Source: Squalus acanthias (taxonomy: Eukaryota). From it: a stretch of 64,000 bases of DNA. Under the pieces are notes generated by a model that was not told the DNA's origin, did not search any database, and was given only the letters and a program-made list of their open reading frames with translations. A program made the position numbers and the translations under genes. The stretch is taken from contig CM059431.1 of the NCBI GenBank assembly GCA_030390025.1, positions 97,652,001-97,716,000 on the forward strand, written 5' to 3'. Below are positions 13,431 to 25,162 of this stretch, piece by piece (the first letter of the stretch is position 1; each line of letters starts with the position of its first letter).

Positions 13431-14460
13431 TGAAGGTGAAGTTGGAGGAGAGGGGTGTTGGAGGTGAGGGTGGAGTTGGAGAGAGGGGTGTTGGAGGTGA
13501 GGGTGGAGTTGGAGAGAGGGGTGTTGGAGGTGAGGGTGGAGTTGGAGAGAGGGGAGGTGGAGTTGGAGAGAGGGGAGGTGGAGTTGGAGAGCGGGGTGTT
13601 GGAGGTGAGGGTGGAGTTGGAGAGCGGGGTGTTGGAGGTGAGGGTGGAGTTGGAGAGAGGGGTGTTGGAGGTGAGGGTGGAGTTGGAGAGAGGGGTGTTG
13701 GAGGTGAGGGTGGAGTTGGAGAGGGGTGTTGGAGGTGAGGGTGGAGTTGGAGAGAGGGGTGTTGGAGGTGAGGGTGGAGTTGGAGAGCGGGGTGTTGGAG
13801 GTGAGGGTGGAGTTGGAGAGCGGGGTGTTGGAGGTGAGGGTGGAGTTGGAGAGGGGTGTTGGAGGTGAGGGTGGAGTTGGAGAGAGGGGTGTTGGAGGTG
13901 AGGGTGGAGTTGGAGAGAGGGGTGTTGGAGGTGAGGGTGGAGTTGGAGAGAGGGGTGTTGGAGGTGAGGGTGGAGTTGGACAGAGGGGTGTTGGAGGTGA
14001 GGGTGGAGTTGGAGAGGGGTGGTGGAGTTGGACAGAGGGGTGTTGGACGTGAGGGTGGAGTTGGAGAGAGGGGTGTTGGAGGTGAGGGTGGAGTTGGAGA
14101 GAGGGGTGTTGGAGGTGAGGGTGGAGTTGGAGAGAGGGGTGTTGGAGGTGGAGTTGGACAGAGGGGTGTTGGAGGTGAGGGTGGAGTTGGAGAGGGGTGG
14201 TGGAGTTGGACAGAGGGGTGTTGGACGTGAGGGTGGAGTTGGAGAGAGGGGTGTTGGAGGTGAGGGTGGAGTTGACAGAGGGGTGTTGGAGGTGAGGGTG
14301 GAGTTGGACAGAGGGGTGTTGGAGGTGAGGGTGGAGTTGGAGAGAGGGGTGTTGGAGGTGAGGGTGGAGTTGGAGAGGGGTGGTGGAGTTGGACAGAGGG
14401 GTGTTGGAGGTGAGGGTGGAGTTGGAGAGGGGCGTCAGGTAAAGGTGGAGTTGGAGGGCG
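13425..14460. repeat. G-rich minisatellite, ~33-bp unit
   Basis: ggtgttggaggtgagggtggagttggagagagg with shorter variants. Confidence 0.95.
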
Positions 14461-14805
14461 GCTGTAAGGAGAGAAGGAAGTAATTTCCTTTATTAAAATG
14501 TTAGCATTAGGGAAGAGCACCTTGGAAAAGATTCTGGTGTTTAGTAAGAAGTTCAGGATTACAAAAATAGTCCCTGTTTCTTAAAAAAAAAACCTTAATT
14601 GCTTCCAAACCAGGAAATGACATCAGCAAGAGAACAGATGTCTGGGATTTTATTCTCCCTGGAGATGGACCTGGCTCCGCCTTTCAGTGAAAGGTCCTGT
14701 ATTAATGCCTCCCATTCCAAACCTTCTGATGCCAACTTTGTGCTGGAGGCTTCCTACTACCAGCTCCACAGTGTTACTCTGCTTGCGGTGTGTGTCACAC
14801 TGCTA

Positions 14806-15146
14806 ATTCTTATAGGGCTTGACAGGGTAGAAGCTGAGAGGCTGTTTCCCCTGGCTGGAGAGTCTAGAACTAGGAGGTCATGGTCTCAGGATAAGGGGTC
14901 GGCCATTTAGGACTGAGATGAGGAGAAATTTCTTCACTCAGAGGGTTGTGAATCTTTGGAATTCTCTACCCCAGAGGGCTGTGGAGGCTCAGTCGTTGAG
15001 TATATTCAAGACAGAGATCGATAAATTTTTGGACACTAAGGGAATCGAGGGATATGGGGATCGGGCAGGAAAGTGGAGTTGAGGTCGAAGATCAGCCATG
15101 ATTTACTGAATGGCCGACTCCTGCTCCTATTTCTTATGTTCTTATT
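14806..15146 (+). mobile_element. CR1 LINE 3' end
   Basis: GLDRVEAERLFPLAGESRTR... and tail ctcctgctcctatttcttatgttcttat. Confidence 0.9.
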
Positions 15147-15993
15147 AAGGCCCTGGTTACAAATCAGGGACAATTGGTGAATCTTTGTTAAAAGATATTA
15201 CAAAGTAAGTTAACTCTGACATGCAACTAAACGTCACCTGGTGAATGAGGCACCTGGAGGTCTCGACACTTCTCTTATTGATGTTTCCAGTTTTGAAAGC
15301 AATTAAGATCAGCTGATTTTGATGAGTTGCACACAAAACCAAACATGAATGGATGGGCAGTCGAGACATAAGTTTGCTGCAGAAAAAAATGATAAAGGAA
15401 GAGGCAAAGAGACAATAGAGAATCGTTTAAAGCACTTTGTTTAGAAGTGGTTTAAAATACGTTTCATTATAGCCATCGCTGTATAGGAGCTGAGGAACTA
15501 TTCAGTATCACTGGTGAGAGCTGCCATTTTGCAAAACAAAATGACCAGCCCAGGGACAAGTGAATTGCCAAGAGTTTTAAAGTTAACCCTAATCCACTTA
15601 ACCATCAAGAAAGATCAATGACAAATATTTGATACAAGTGAGGACATTAAAACAAAGTGCTGCAGTTTTGTGTAAAACTTTTTTTAAATTATAATTCTGC
15701 TAGTGATTCGCTTCTTCTGTTTAAACTTGCTTCAAATTCCCAAGCTTGACTGTAATATTTGCAAATCAAGTGAAGCTAATGTCAGTGCTCAGGAAAATCA
15801 AAAGTGTAAATGCTAGAATAATACTCAAATACTGTTATTAGCAGATTACTTTAATATATTTATTGTAATGCAGTTTTTCATATCGCCTTCAACGCAATGC
15901 CCTAACTAATCTTTCCCACATGTCCAGATTTTTCCTGTGTGTGAAATGCTGTGATAAGGTGGAGTGTAATTGTTGCCATGTTCCTTTGTGCAG

Positions 15994-16238
15994 TTTAAGG
16001 AATGCTAATGGCTTGACAGCAGCTGAGCTTGCTCTTGCTCAGGGGTTCCGTGAATGCTCCCAGTTCCTGTGCAGTGTGCAGAACCATCAGCTGAATGGTT
16101 TCTACACCAATGGCATCGCCAGCAGTCTTTACCGGGATAACTTGATCACGGACGGTCTAAATGGCTACACGGGAACCAACCGCAAGAGAAGCTACGAGGA
16201 ATCTGAACACGGCGGAATCAAGAAGCCCAGAACTGACA
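15994..16238 (+). CDS. ANKRD10: ANKRD10-like internal coding exon (equivalent of human exon 4: last ankyrin repeat and basic NLS-like segment)
   Basis: Translates LRNANGLTAAELALAQGFRECSQFL...TNRKRSYEESEHGGIKKPRTD, matching recalled human ANKRD10 [25 protein letters not shown]...[21 protein letters not shown]. Acceptor tgtgcAG (15992-93), donor GTAAGC (16239); phase 2 in, phase 1 out. Confidence 0.92.
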
Positions 16239-16397
16239 GTAAGCACTTTGCCGTAAGGCATTTTATTCCATTACGTAAGGATCATCAAAATCTTTTTTTT
16301 TTGCATTTGCACCATCATCCCATGAACATTGTAATGGTGTGAATAAGGAAAGCACCAGAGATTGCCCAACTTTTGTTGGTACACTTAAAACTTTTTA

Positions 16398-16618
16398 ATC
16401 ATAGAATTGTACAGCACAGAAGGAGGCCATTCAGCCCATCGTGCCTGTGCCGGCTCTTTGAAAGAGCTATACAATTAGTCCCACTCCCCCTGCTCTTTCC
16501 CCACAGCCCTGCAAAATATTCTTCTTCCAGTATGTATCCAATTCCCTTTTGAAAGTTACTATTGAATCTGCTTCCGCCGCCCTTTCAGGCAGCGCATTCC
16601 AGATCACAACAACTCACT
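16398..16618 (-). mobile_element. CR1 LINE 3' end (second subfamily)
   Basis: atcatagaattgtacagcacagaaggaggccattcagcccatcgtgcctgtgccggctctttgaaagagc tail. Confidence 0.8.
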
Positions 16619-17280
16619 GATCCCATCAGTAGCAGTAGTAGATTTGACAGATAAAACCCCGGTCTGAAATTAAAGGAAAACTTCAAGGAAGGCTCAAATT
16701 AATTCACGGTTTAAGTTGTAAATTTGCCTTTAATGTTGTAATGGATTTAGAATCAGTCACCACTTGTGACCATGCATTCCACATTTCAGTCGCCGCTTGA
16801 AGTTTCTTCCGATTAAGGCTTATATCATGGCCTTGCGTCTCTGATTTATCTTGCAATAGAACTAGTCTGTCTGTTAATCTGGTCGATTCTTTTTGTCATT
16901 TTGAACACCTCAAACTGCCCCCGACACACATTTTTCTCAGTTCAAGAGAACACAGCCCTTGTTTCTCCAGCTGTTTCCCCTGTCACTCAGCCCCTCAACC
17001 GTGGTATCTTCCACATGAATCTGCACTGCACCACGTCCAGGATGATTAGACCTTCCTGCAGGGAGGAGCCCAAACTGTACACAGGATTCCAGATGTGACA
17101 TCTCCATCATTCTGAGCAGTCAGCACCAACTCTGTATTCAGTCCCTTTCGATATAAAGTCTGAATCCTGTTTGGCTTCTTAATGTGTATCCGCTTCTAAG
17201 CTTTCATGTATCTGCCTATCTAGCCCTCTTTGTCTCTCTGCATTGAGAAATTTATAATTTCAGTTATAGTTCCAATTTAT

Positions 17281-19734
17281 TCCTCTCCATCCCTTTCTCT
17301 CCCTCGTCCCATCCTACCCTCTCTCCTACCCTCTTTCTCTAACCCTCACTCCTACCCTTTCTCTCTAACCCTCCCTCTTACCTTCTCTCACTATCCCCTC
17401 CCTCTTCCGCGTTCTATCCCTCCATCCCCGCTCTCTTCCTCCGTCCCCGCGCGCTCTCTCCTCTCTCCCCCACTCTCACTCCCTCCCTCCCTCCCTCCCC
17501 CACTCTCCCTCCTCCCGGCACGCACTCTCCCTCCCCCGCTCGCTCCATGCCCACTCTCCCTCCCTCCCTGCGCTCTCTCTCCCTCTCCTCCCTGTTCTCT
17601 CCCTCCCTCTCCTCCCTGTTCTCTCCCTCCCTCTCCCCCCTGTTCTCTCCCTCCCTCTCCCCCCTGTTCTCTCCCTCCCTCTCCCCCCTGTTCTCTCCCT
17701 CCCTCTCCCCCCTGTTCTCTCCCTCCCTCTCCCCCCTGTTCTCTCCCTCCCTCTCCCCCCTGTTCTCTCCCTCCCTCTCCCCCCTGTTCTCTCCCTCCCT
17801 CTCCCCCTGTTCTCTCCCTCCCTCTCCCCCCTGTTCTCTCCCTCCCTCTCCCCCCTGTTCTCTCCCTCCCTCTCCCCCCTGTTCTCTCCCTCCCTCTCCC
17901 CCCTGTTCTCTCCCTCCCTCTCCCCCCTGTTCTCTCCCTCCCTCTCCCCCCTGTTCTCTCCCTCCCTCTCCCCCCTGTTCTCTCCCTCCCTCTCTCCCCC
18001 TGTTCTCTCCCTCCCTCTCCCCCCTGTTCTCTCCCTCCCTCTCCCCCCTGTTCTCTCCCTCCCTCTCCCCCCTGTTCTCTCCCTCCCTCTCCCCCCTGTT
18101 CTCTCCCTCCCTCTCCCCCCTGTTCTCTCCCTCCCTCTCCCCCCTGTTCTCTCCCTCCCTCTCCCCCCTGTTCTCTCCCTCCCTCTCCCCCCTGTTCTCT
18201 CCCTCCCTCTCCCCCCTGTTCTCTCCCTCCCTCTCCCCCCTGTTCTCTCCCTCCCTCTCCCCCCTGTTCTCTCCCTCCCTCTCCCCCCTGTTCTCTCCCT
18301 CCCTCTCCCCCCTGTTCTCTCCCTCCCTCTCCCCCCTGTTCTCTCCCTCCCTCTCCCCCTGTTCTCTCCCTCCCTCTCCCCCCTGTTCTCTCCCTCCCTC
18401 TCCCCCCTGTTCTCTCCCTCCCTCTCCCCCCTGTTCTCTCCCTCCCTCTCCCCCCTGTTCTCTCCCTCCCTCTCCCCCCTGTTCTCTCCCTCCCTCTCCC
18501 CCCTGTTCTCTCCCTCCCTCTCCCCCCCTGTTCTCTCCCTCCCTCTCCCCCCTGTTCTCTCCCTCCCTCTCCCCCCTGTTCTCTCCCTCCCTCTCCCCCC
18601 TGTTCTCTCCCTCCCTCTCCCCCCTGTTCTCTCCCTCCCTCTCCCCCCTGTTCTCTCCCTCCCTCTCCCCCCTGTTCTCTCCCTCCCTCTCCCCCCTGTT
18701 CTCTCCCTCCCTCTCCCCCTGTTCTCTCCCTCCCTCTCCCCCCTGTTCTCTCCCTCCCTCTCCCCCCTGTTCTCTCCCTCCCTCTCCCCCCTGTTCTCTC
18801 CCTCCCTCTCCCCCCTGTTCTCTCCCTCCCTCTCCCCCCTGTTCTCTCCCTCCCTCTCCCCCCTGTTCTCTCCCTCCCTCTCCCCCCTGTTCTCTCCCTC
18901 CCTCTCCCCCCTGTTCTCTCCCTCCCTCTCCCCCCTGTTCTCTCCCTCCCTCTCCCCCCTGTTCTCTCCCTCCCTCTCCCCCCTGTTCTCTCCCTCCCTC
19001 TCCCCCCTGTTCTCTCCCTCCCTCTCCCCCCTGTTCTCTCCCTCCCTCTCCCCCCTGTTCTCTCCCTCCCTCTCCCCCCTGTTCTCTCCCTCCCTCTCCC
19101 CCCTGTTCTCTCCCTCCCTCTCCCCCCTGTTCTCTCCCTCCCTCTCCCCCCCTGTTCTCTCCCTCCCTCTCCCCCCTGTTCTCTCCCTCCCTCTCCCCCC
19201 TGTTCTCTCCCTCCCTCTCCCCCCTGTTCTCTCCCTCCCTCTCTGTTCTCTCCCTCTCCTCCCTGTTCTCTCCCTCTCCTCCCTGTTCTCTCCCTCTCCT
19301 CCCTGTTCTCTCCCTCTCCTCCCTGTTCTCTCCCTCTCCTCCCTGTTCTCTCCCTCTCCTCCCTGTTCTCTCCCTCTCCTCCCTGTTCTCTCCCTCTCCT
19401 CCCTGTTCCCTCCCTCTCCTCCCTGTTCTCTCCCTCTCCTCCCTGTTCTCTCCCTCTCCTCCCTGTTCTCTCCCTCTCCTCCCTGTTCTCTCCCTCTCCT
19501 CCCTGTTCCCTCCCTCTCCTCCCTGTTCCCTCCATCTCTCTCCCCCGCTCTCCCTCTTTCTCCCTCTCCCCCTGTTCTCTCCCTCTCCTCCCTGTTCTCT
19601 CCCTCTCCTCCCTGTTCTCTCCCACCTGTTCCCTCCCTCTCCCCCCTGTTCTCTCCCTCTCTCTCCCCCTCTCTCCATCTCTCTCCCCCGCTCTCCCTCT
19701 TTCTCCCTCTCCCCCTCCCCCTCCCCCTCCCCTC
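17281..19734. repeat. ~2.4-kb polypyrimidine tract: 24-bp then 20-bp minisatellite
   Basis: (tgttctctccctccctctcccccc)n from ~17590 to ~19240, then (ccctgttctctccctctcct)n. Confidence 0.97.
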
Positions 19735-21437
19735 CGGTAGAAGACACTAAAAACATCCCAATAGTAATTGATAATCAAGAGGCTTTTGGGAGGGACGAAC
19801 TTAAAACAATCTCTATCACTAGAGAAAAAGTACTAGGCAAACTAATGGGGCTAAAGGCCGACAAGTCCCCTGGACCTGATAGCCTGCATCCTAGGGTCTT
19901 AAAAGAAGTGGCTGCAGAGATAGTGGATGCGTTGGTTGTAATCTACCAAAATTCCCTGGATTTTGGAGAGGTCCCAGCGGATTGGAAAACCACAAATGTA
20001 ACGCCCCTATTCAAGAAAGGAGGGAGACAGAAAGCAGGAAACTATAGGCCAGTTAGCCTAACATCTGTCATTGGGAAAATGCTGGAATCCATTATTAAGG
20101 AAGTAATCGCAGGACATTTAGAAAATCATAAGACAATCAAGCAGAGTCAGCATGGTTTTATGAAAGGGAAATCGTGTTTGACAAATTTGCTAGAGTTCTT
20201 TGAGGATGTAACAAACAGGGTGGATAAAGGGGAACCATAGATGTAGTGTATTTGGATTTCCAGAAGGCATTCGATAAGTTGCCACATAAAAGGTTACTGC
20301 ACAAGATAAGAGCTCACGGGGTTGGGGGTAATATATTAGCATGGATAGAGGATTGGCTAACTAACAGAAAACAGAGAGTCGGGATCAATGGGTAATTTTC
20401 AGCTTGGCAAACTAACTAGTGGGGTGCCGCAAGGATCAGTGCTGGGGCCTCAACTATTTACAACCTACATTAATGACTTGGATGAAGGGACAGAGTGTAC
20501 TGTAGCCAAATTTGCTGATGATACAAAGGTAGGTGGGAAAGCAAATTGTGTAGAGGATGCAAAGAATCTCCAAAGAGATATAGATAGGCTAAGTGAGTGG
20601 CAAAAATCTGGCAAATGGTGTTTAATGTGGGAAAATGCGAGGTTATCCACTTCGGTAGGAAAAATAAAAATGCAAATTATTATTTAAATGGAGAGAGACT
20701 ACAAAATGCTGCGGTACAGAGGGATCTGGGGGTCCTCGTACATGAAACACAAAAAGTTAGCATGCAGGTACAGCAAGTAATTAGGAAGGCAAATGGAATG
20801 TTGGCCCTTATTGCAAGGGGGATGGAGTATAAAAGTAGGGAAGTCTTGCTACAACTGTACAGGGCGCTGGTGAGACCACATCTGGAGTACTGTGTACAGC
20901 TTTGGTCTCCTTATTTAAGGAGGGATATACTTGCATTGGAGGCAGTTCAGAGAAGGTTCACTAGGTTGATTCCTGAGATGAAGGAGTTGTCTTATGAAGA
21001 AAGGTTGAGCAGGTTGGGCCATACTCATTGGAGTTTAGAAGAATGAGAGGTGATCTTATTGAAACATGTAAGATTCTGAGGGGGCTTGACAGGGTAGATG
21101 CAAGGAGAATGTTTCCCCTTGTGGGGGAATCTAGAACTAGGGGCATAGTTTCAGAATAAGGTGTAACCCATTTCAGACGGAGATGAGGAGGAATTTCTTT
21201 TGTGAGGGTCGTGAATCTTTGGAATTCTCTACCCCAGAGAGCTATGGAGGCGGAGTCATTGAATATATTCAAGGCGGAGATTGACAGATATTTGAGCTAC
21301 AGGGGAGTCGAGGGTTATGGGGAGAGGGCGGGAAAGTGGATTTGAGGCCAAGATCAGCTCAGCTATGATCTTATTGAATGACGGAGCAGGCTCGAGGGGC
21401 CAAATGACCGACTCCTGCTCCTATTTCTGATGTTCTT
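19735..21437 (+). mobile_element. 5'-truncated CR1 LINE (RT domain to 3' tail), disrupted
   Basis: [40 protein letters not shown] and KFADD motifs with a stop and frameshifts; CR1 tail. Confidence 0.95.
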
Positions 21438-23767
21438 CCTCCCCCCCCCCCCGCCCCATCCCCAGCTCCTGCTCTCTGGTGTTAGCTGCTTTGGGTTATT
21501 TTCTCCCTTTGCGACACAAAGTCTCCTTTTATCATTGGTGAACATTTCAGAGCTTCGGTGCTCATCACCATTCCCAATTTCAGTCTGACTATCCTTCCCT
21601 ACCCCCTGCCCCAGGCAAAGTTATTTTATTAAATGGCCCAGAGGCCAGTCCTTTGCTCCTGTGCCCATTCTTGGGGCATCGCTGGGGACCCGATCACTGG
21701 GTCCTCCCATTGTATTTTGCTGGGATTGCCCGACAATGTGCAAGATCCCCATGTCGGAGCTCATTGAAAACAAGATTTGGTTTCAGTTTTTAAACCAGTG
21801 ACATCATCCACCATCAGCCAATCAGCCACCCTGGCCCCTTTAACCCAGATATTGTCATGTTTCCATTTCATTTCCCCCTGACACATTTCAGCAGTTTTTC
21901 AGCACACTGCTTGCTGTAAGTCAGTTTAGGATTACAATACACACAGGCTTTCTCTGAACTTGCCATTTTATTTACGTACACAGTGAGGCAAACAAATCCG
22001 CAGAGTGCTTCTACTCTGTGAATGTGTTTCCTGTATATATGAGGGGGTCACTCCTTCATATCCTGACAGAATCTCCTTTAATGAGGTTAAATTCATCGGG
22101 CTTGGGGCGGGACCTCACTGGAAATAGAACCTGTTGGACAGTAAGTTACAGGGTAGAGCGAGGCTTGAGGTCTGACTCTCCGAGAGGACACTGAAGTAAA
22201 ATGCTTTTTAGGAAATGGGCCTGTTCTGTGAAGCACAGGGCAAACCAGCTTCTGTTTTAGGAGACAGTAAGTGGCATCACGGGGGGTATTTTTTGCTGCT
22301 TTATGGCAAGTTGTCAGGTGCTGTGTGCTCGCGCTGTGCAGAATCTGGGCCAGGAAACCTCAAACCAGTTTCGGGTCATCCATCAGTCTGACTGGATTGA
22401 GGCCCTTACATAGAGCTGAAGGGTAGAAATGGTTGGTGTCCACTGCTGCCTTTCTTATTAATTGGTCACAACTGAAAGATAACCAATAGATGACATTTTC
22501 GTATCGAAGGGTCGATAGTTCAGTCGCAACTGGTCCCCTCAGAAAGTTGGACACAGAGTCCCATCACACCCCAGGTCCTCGGCATGCCCGCTCTGAGCAC
22601 CCAGTGAGGCCATTCTCCAGCACAAGTCGCGCCCGAAGCTCACTACCCCCACCCCCGACTGCCAATGCCCGCCCCATAGTGTGGCCAGAGTGCTCGAGAG
22701 CTCTGGCCACACGGGGCCAGTAGGAGCCGGCACTGAGCGGCTGACCGCCATTGCCTCCACACCTCATCCCTCCCTGGCAGTGGTGCCCTGACCAACCCTG
22801 GCACTCCCCTGTGCCTCCCAGCAAGCAGTAGCCCTTTACTGGGTGCTGGTGCCCTCAGAATGTCGCACGACTTGCTTATAGTGCCAGTCTAGCGATAGAT
22901 GAGTTGGCCCGAGATGGCTCTTCCACGCCCTGTGGTGGGCGCCTATATATGGCAAATGCCGCTAACCATTAGCAATTACCATAGGCGCCAATTACAAAGA
23001 CGGCGCTTGCAACATATTAAGCACGCTGGCTATTCTGGGCCGTGGATCTAACGGTGGTCAGCACTGTCGTGATATTGTACAGGGCCAGAGACAAGGTATG
23101 GGAGCATTGACCTGTTAATGTTCACCAGTTGTCGTTTGTACCCTCCAGTGCGTTTCCGAGACCTGAACACTGCACCACAGCTTTCTGTCCAATAAACACA
23201 ATGCTGATTGGTAGCAGCTGTAACAATATTATTGAATTTCCCCTTTTAAATGCTTTTGAATTGATTAGCTCAAAGTACTTTAACAAAGACCCACAACACC
23301 TACTCTATTATGTTCTCTCACGATTCATGGTCCACTTCTTACAGCGAGCAAACAGTGAAGACCAGGGCACCCGCTGTTAGTGCTGGGGACTGTAGCCTCC
23401 AAATGCTTTAGGGTATTTGACAGCTTTTGGACTGTTGTTGTGATTAATTTTCATGGTTATCTTTTTAGTTGATCATTTCCATCTTTTAAATCCTATGCAA
23501 TATTTTACACTGGGTAGTTTAAAGTTGCCCCTATGTTGGTGCAGTATATATAATAGACGCGGCTCAAACCAAACGTCAAATATTTAGAACAATACAAAAT
23601 ACTGCGGACGCTGCAAATTTAGATACACTTTTCATCTTTCAGAAGTGAATAAGTAATTGTAGAGCCATTGAAGTGGTTTTAACTTATTTTAAATATAAAT
23701 TATTAAGCAAAGGCGCACTGAAGGGTTAGTGGTGCTCGCGTAGGGGAACACATTGGGAATGAATGGG

Positions 23768-23975
23768 ACACTCGCTGTGACTGCCCGGAGAGACACGGCA
23801 CACTCAGTGTGACACACTCGCTGTGACTGCCCGGAGAGACACGGCACACTCAGTGTGACACACTTGCTGTGACTGCCCGGAGAGACACGGCACACTCAGT
23901 GTGACACACTCGCTGTGACTGCCCGGAGAGACACAGCACACTCAGTGTGACACACTCGCTATGACTATTGGGAGA
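23768..23975. repeat. 46-bp tandem repeat, ~4.5 copies
   Basis: ctcgctgtgactgcccggagagacacggcacactcagtgtgacaca at 23771, 23817, 23863, 23909 and 23955. Confidence 0.92.
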
Positions 23976-24186
23976 GACTCCACTGGTATCGCAAACTCGC
24001 GAAGTGGCCCTTTAACATACGTGGAGTGAGTATTTTATATGTCAATATGTGCATTTATAGTTCTCATCACATTTCAGCAGAGCAGTTTGCCGGACCTAAA
24101 GTAGATCCATATATGACAGGCTGGTGTCGTATACTTAAACATGCAAATGTGCATGTGTGCTTACGGCAGATTCCTCCTTCTCACAG

Positions 24187-24282
24187 CTCTGGGCTTTGAT
24201 GGCTTCGGGACGGCAGCAGACGGCATCACCAAGGACAACCTTGAAAACATTTACACAGAGTTCAAGCCTCCGGCCATTTCAG
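24187..24282 (+). CDS. ANKRD10: ANKRD10-like 96-nt coding exon (equivalent of exon 5)
   Basis: Acceptor ttcctccttctcacAG, donor tcaG|GTGGGG; phase 1-1, joining 16238 and 34295 in frame; encodes LGFDGFGTAADGITKDNLENIYTEFKPPAIS. Confidence 0.82.
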
Positions 24283-24446
24283 GTGGGGCTGGAGGATTCC
24301 CAGCCGAGTGCGGCAGCAATCAGATCAACTCGGACCACACAGCTCAGGAGGCTGTGTCCCTTAGAGGCCAGGAGTTTGAAGTCTTCACCGTCTCTCCCAT
24401 GCAGACCCCATGTCGCTGTATAACTAAATATGCGTATGACTTTTGA
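24283..24446 (+). CDS. ANKRD10: Alternative C-terminus of ANKRD10 by read-through of the exon-5 donor (composite terminal exon)
   Basis: Open frame GGAGGFPAECGSNQ...EFEVFTVSPMQTPCRCITKYAYDF* followed by AATAAA at 24550-24555. Confidence 0.65.
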
Positions 24447-24829
24447 CATTTACAGCCTTCAAATTACAAAGTCCGTTTTTTTCCAAAGTGTGATTCATGA
24501 ACTAGGCAGATGCTCTCTAGTGATCCATACCCACCTCTGCTCAAACCCGAATAAATGACTGTTTAAACAAAAAAGTTTTTCAAAACTGAAGCAGCACTTT
24601 CTCTGAATATTTACCACCTGGCATGGGACGGCCTGTCTAATACACATACACACTCTCAACTGTTTTACCTACATGACTGAACTTCAAAAATAATGAATAG
24701 GCTGTGGAGTGCTTTGGGTTGTCCTGAGGGTGGTGCTGTATAAGGTGCTCTATAAATACAAGTTCTTCCTGCATGGCTTATGTGTGCACAGTATCTCAGC
24801 AGAGGTCTGTTGTATCTCGTTTTTAGTCC

Positions 24830-25162
24830 CGTGTAATGTGCTGCTTATATTCTGGTCGGAGGTGCCGTCTTTCAGATGAAACGTTAAACCAATGTCTGCT
24901 CTCTCAGGCGGGCATAAAAGATCCCACGGCACTATTTCAAAGAAGGGCAGGCCAATATTTATCCCTCAATCAATATTACTAAAACACATTATCTGGTCAT
25001 TATTACATTGCTGTTTCTGGGAGCTTGCTGTGCGCAAATTGGCTGCCGCGTTTCCTACATTACAACAGTGACTACACTTCAAAAGTATTTGATTGGCTGT
25101 AAAGTGCTTTGGGATGTCCTGGGGTCGTGAAAGGTGCTATAGAAATGCAAGTCTTTTTCTTT
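24830..25162 (+). mobile_element. Deu-domain SINE (SacSINE1-like)
   Basis: ggtgccgtctttcagatgaaacgttaaacc...aaagatcccacggcactattt...cttgctgtgcgcaaattggctgccgcgtttcc...aaatgcaagtcttt. Confidence 0.8.

Noticed and set aside
12649..14520. 623-aa proline-rich ORF and overlapping Gly/Glu-rich ORFs
   Set aside because: Translations of G-rich minisatellites plus decayed L2 sequence.
17230..20240. Very long ORFs (780-897 aa) on both strands, one fused to an RT domain
   Set aside because: Stop-free translations of a C/T minisatellite; the RT part is simply the adjacent 5'-truncated CR1.
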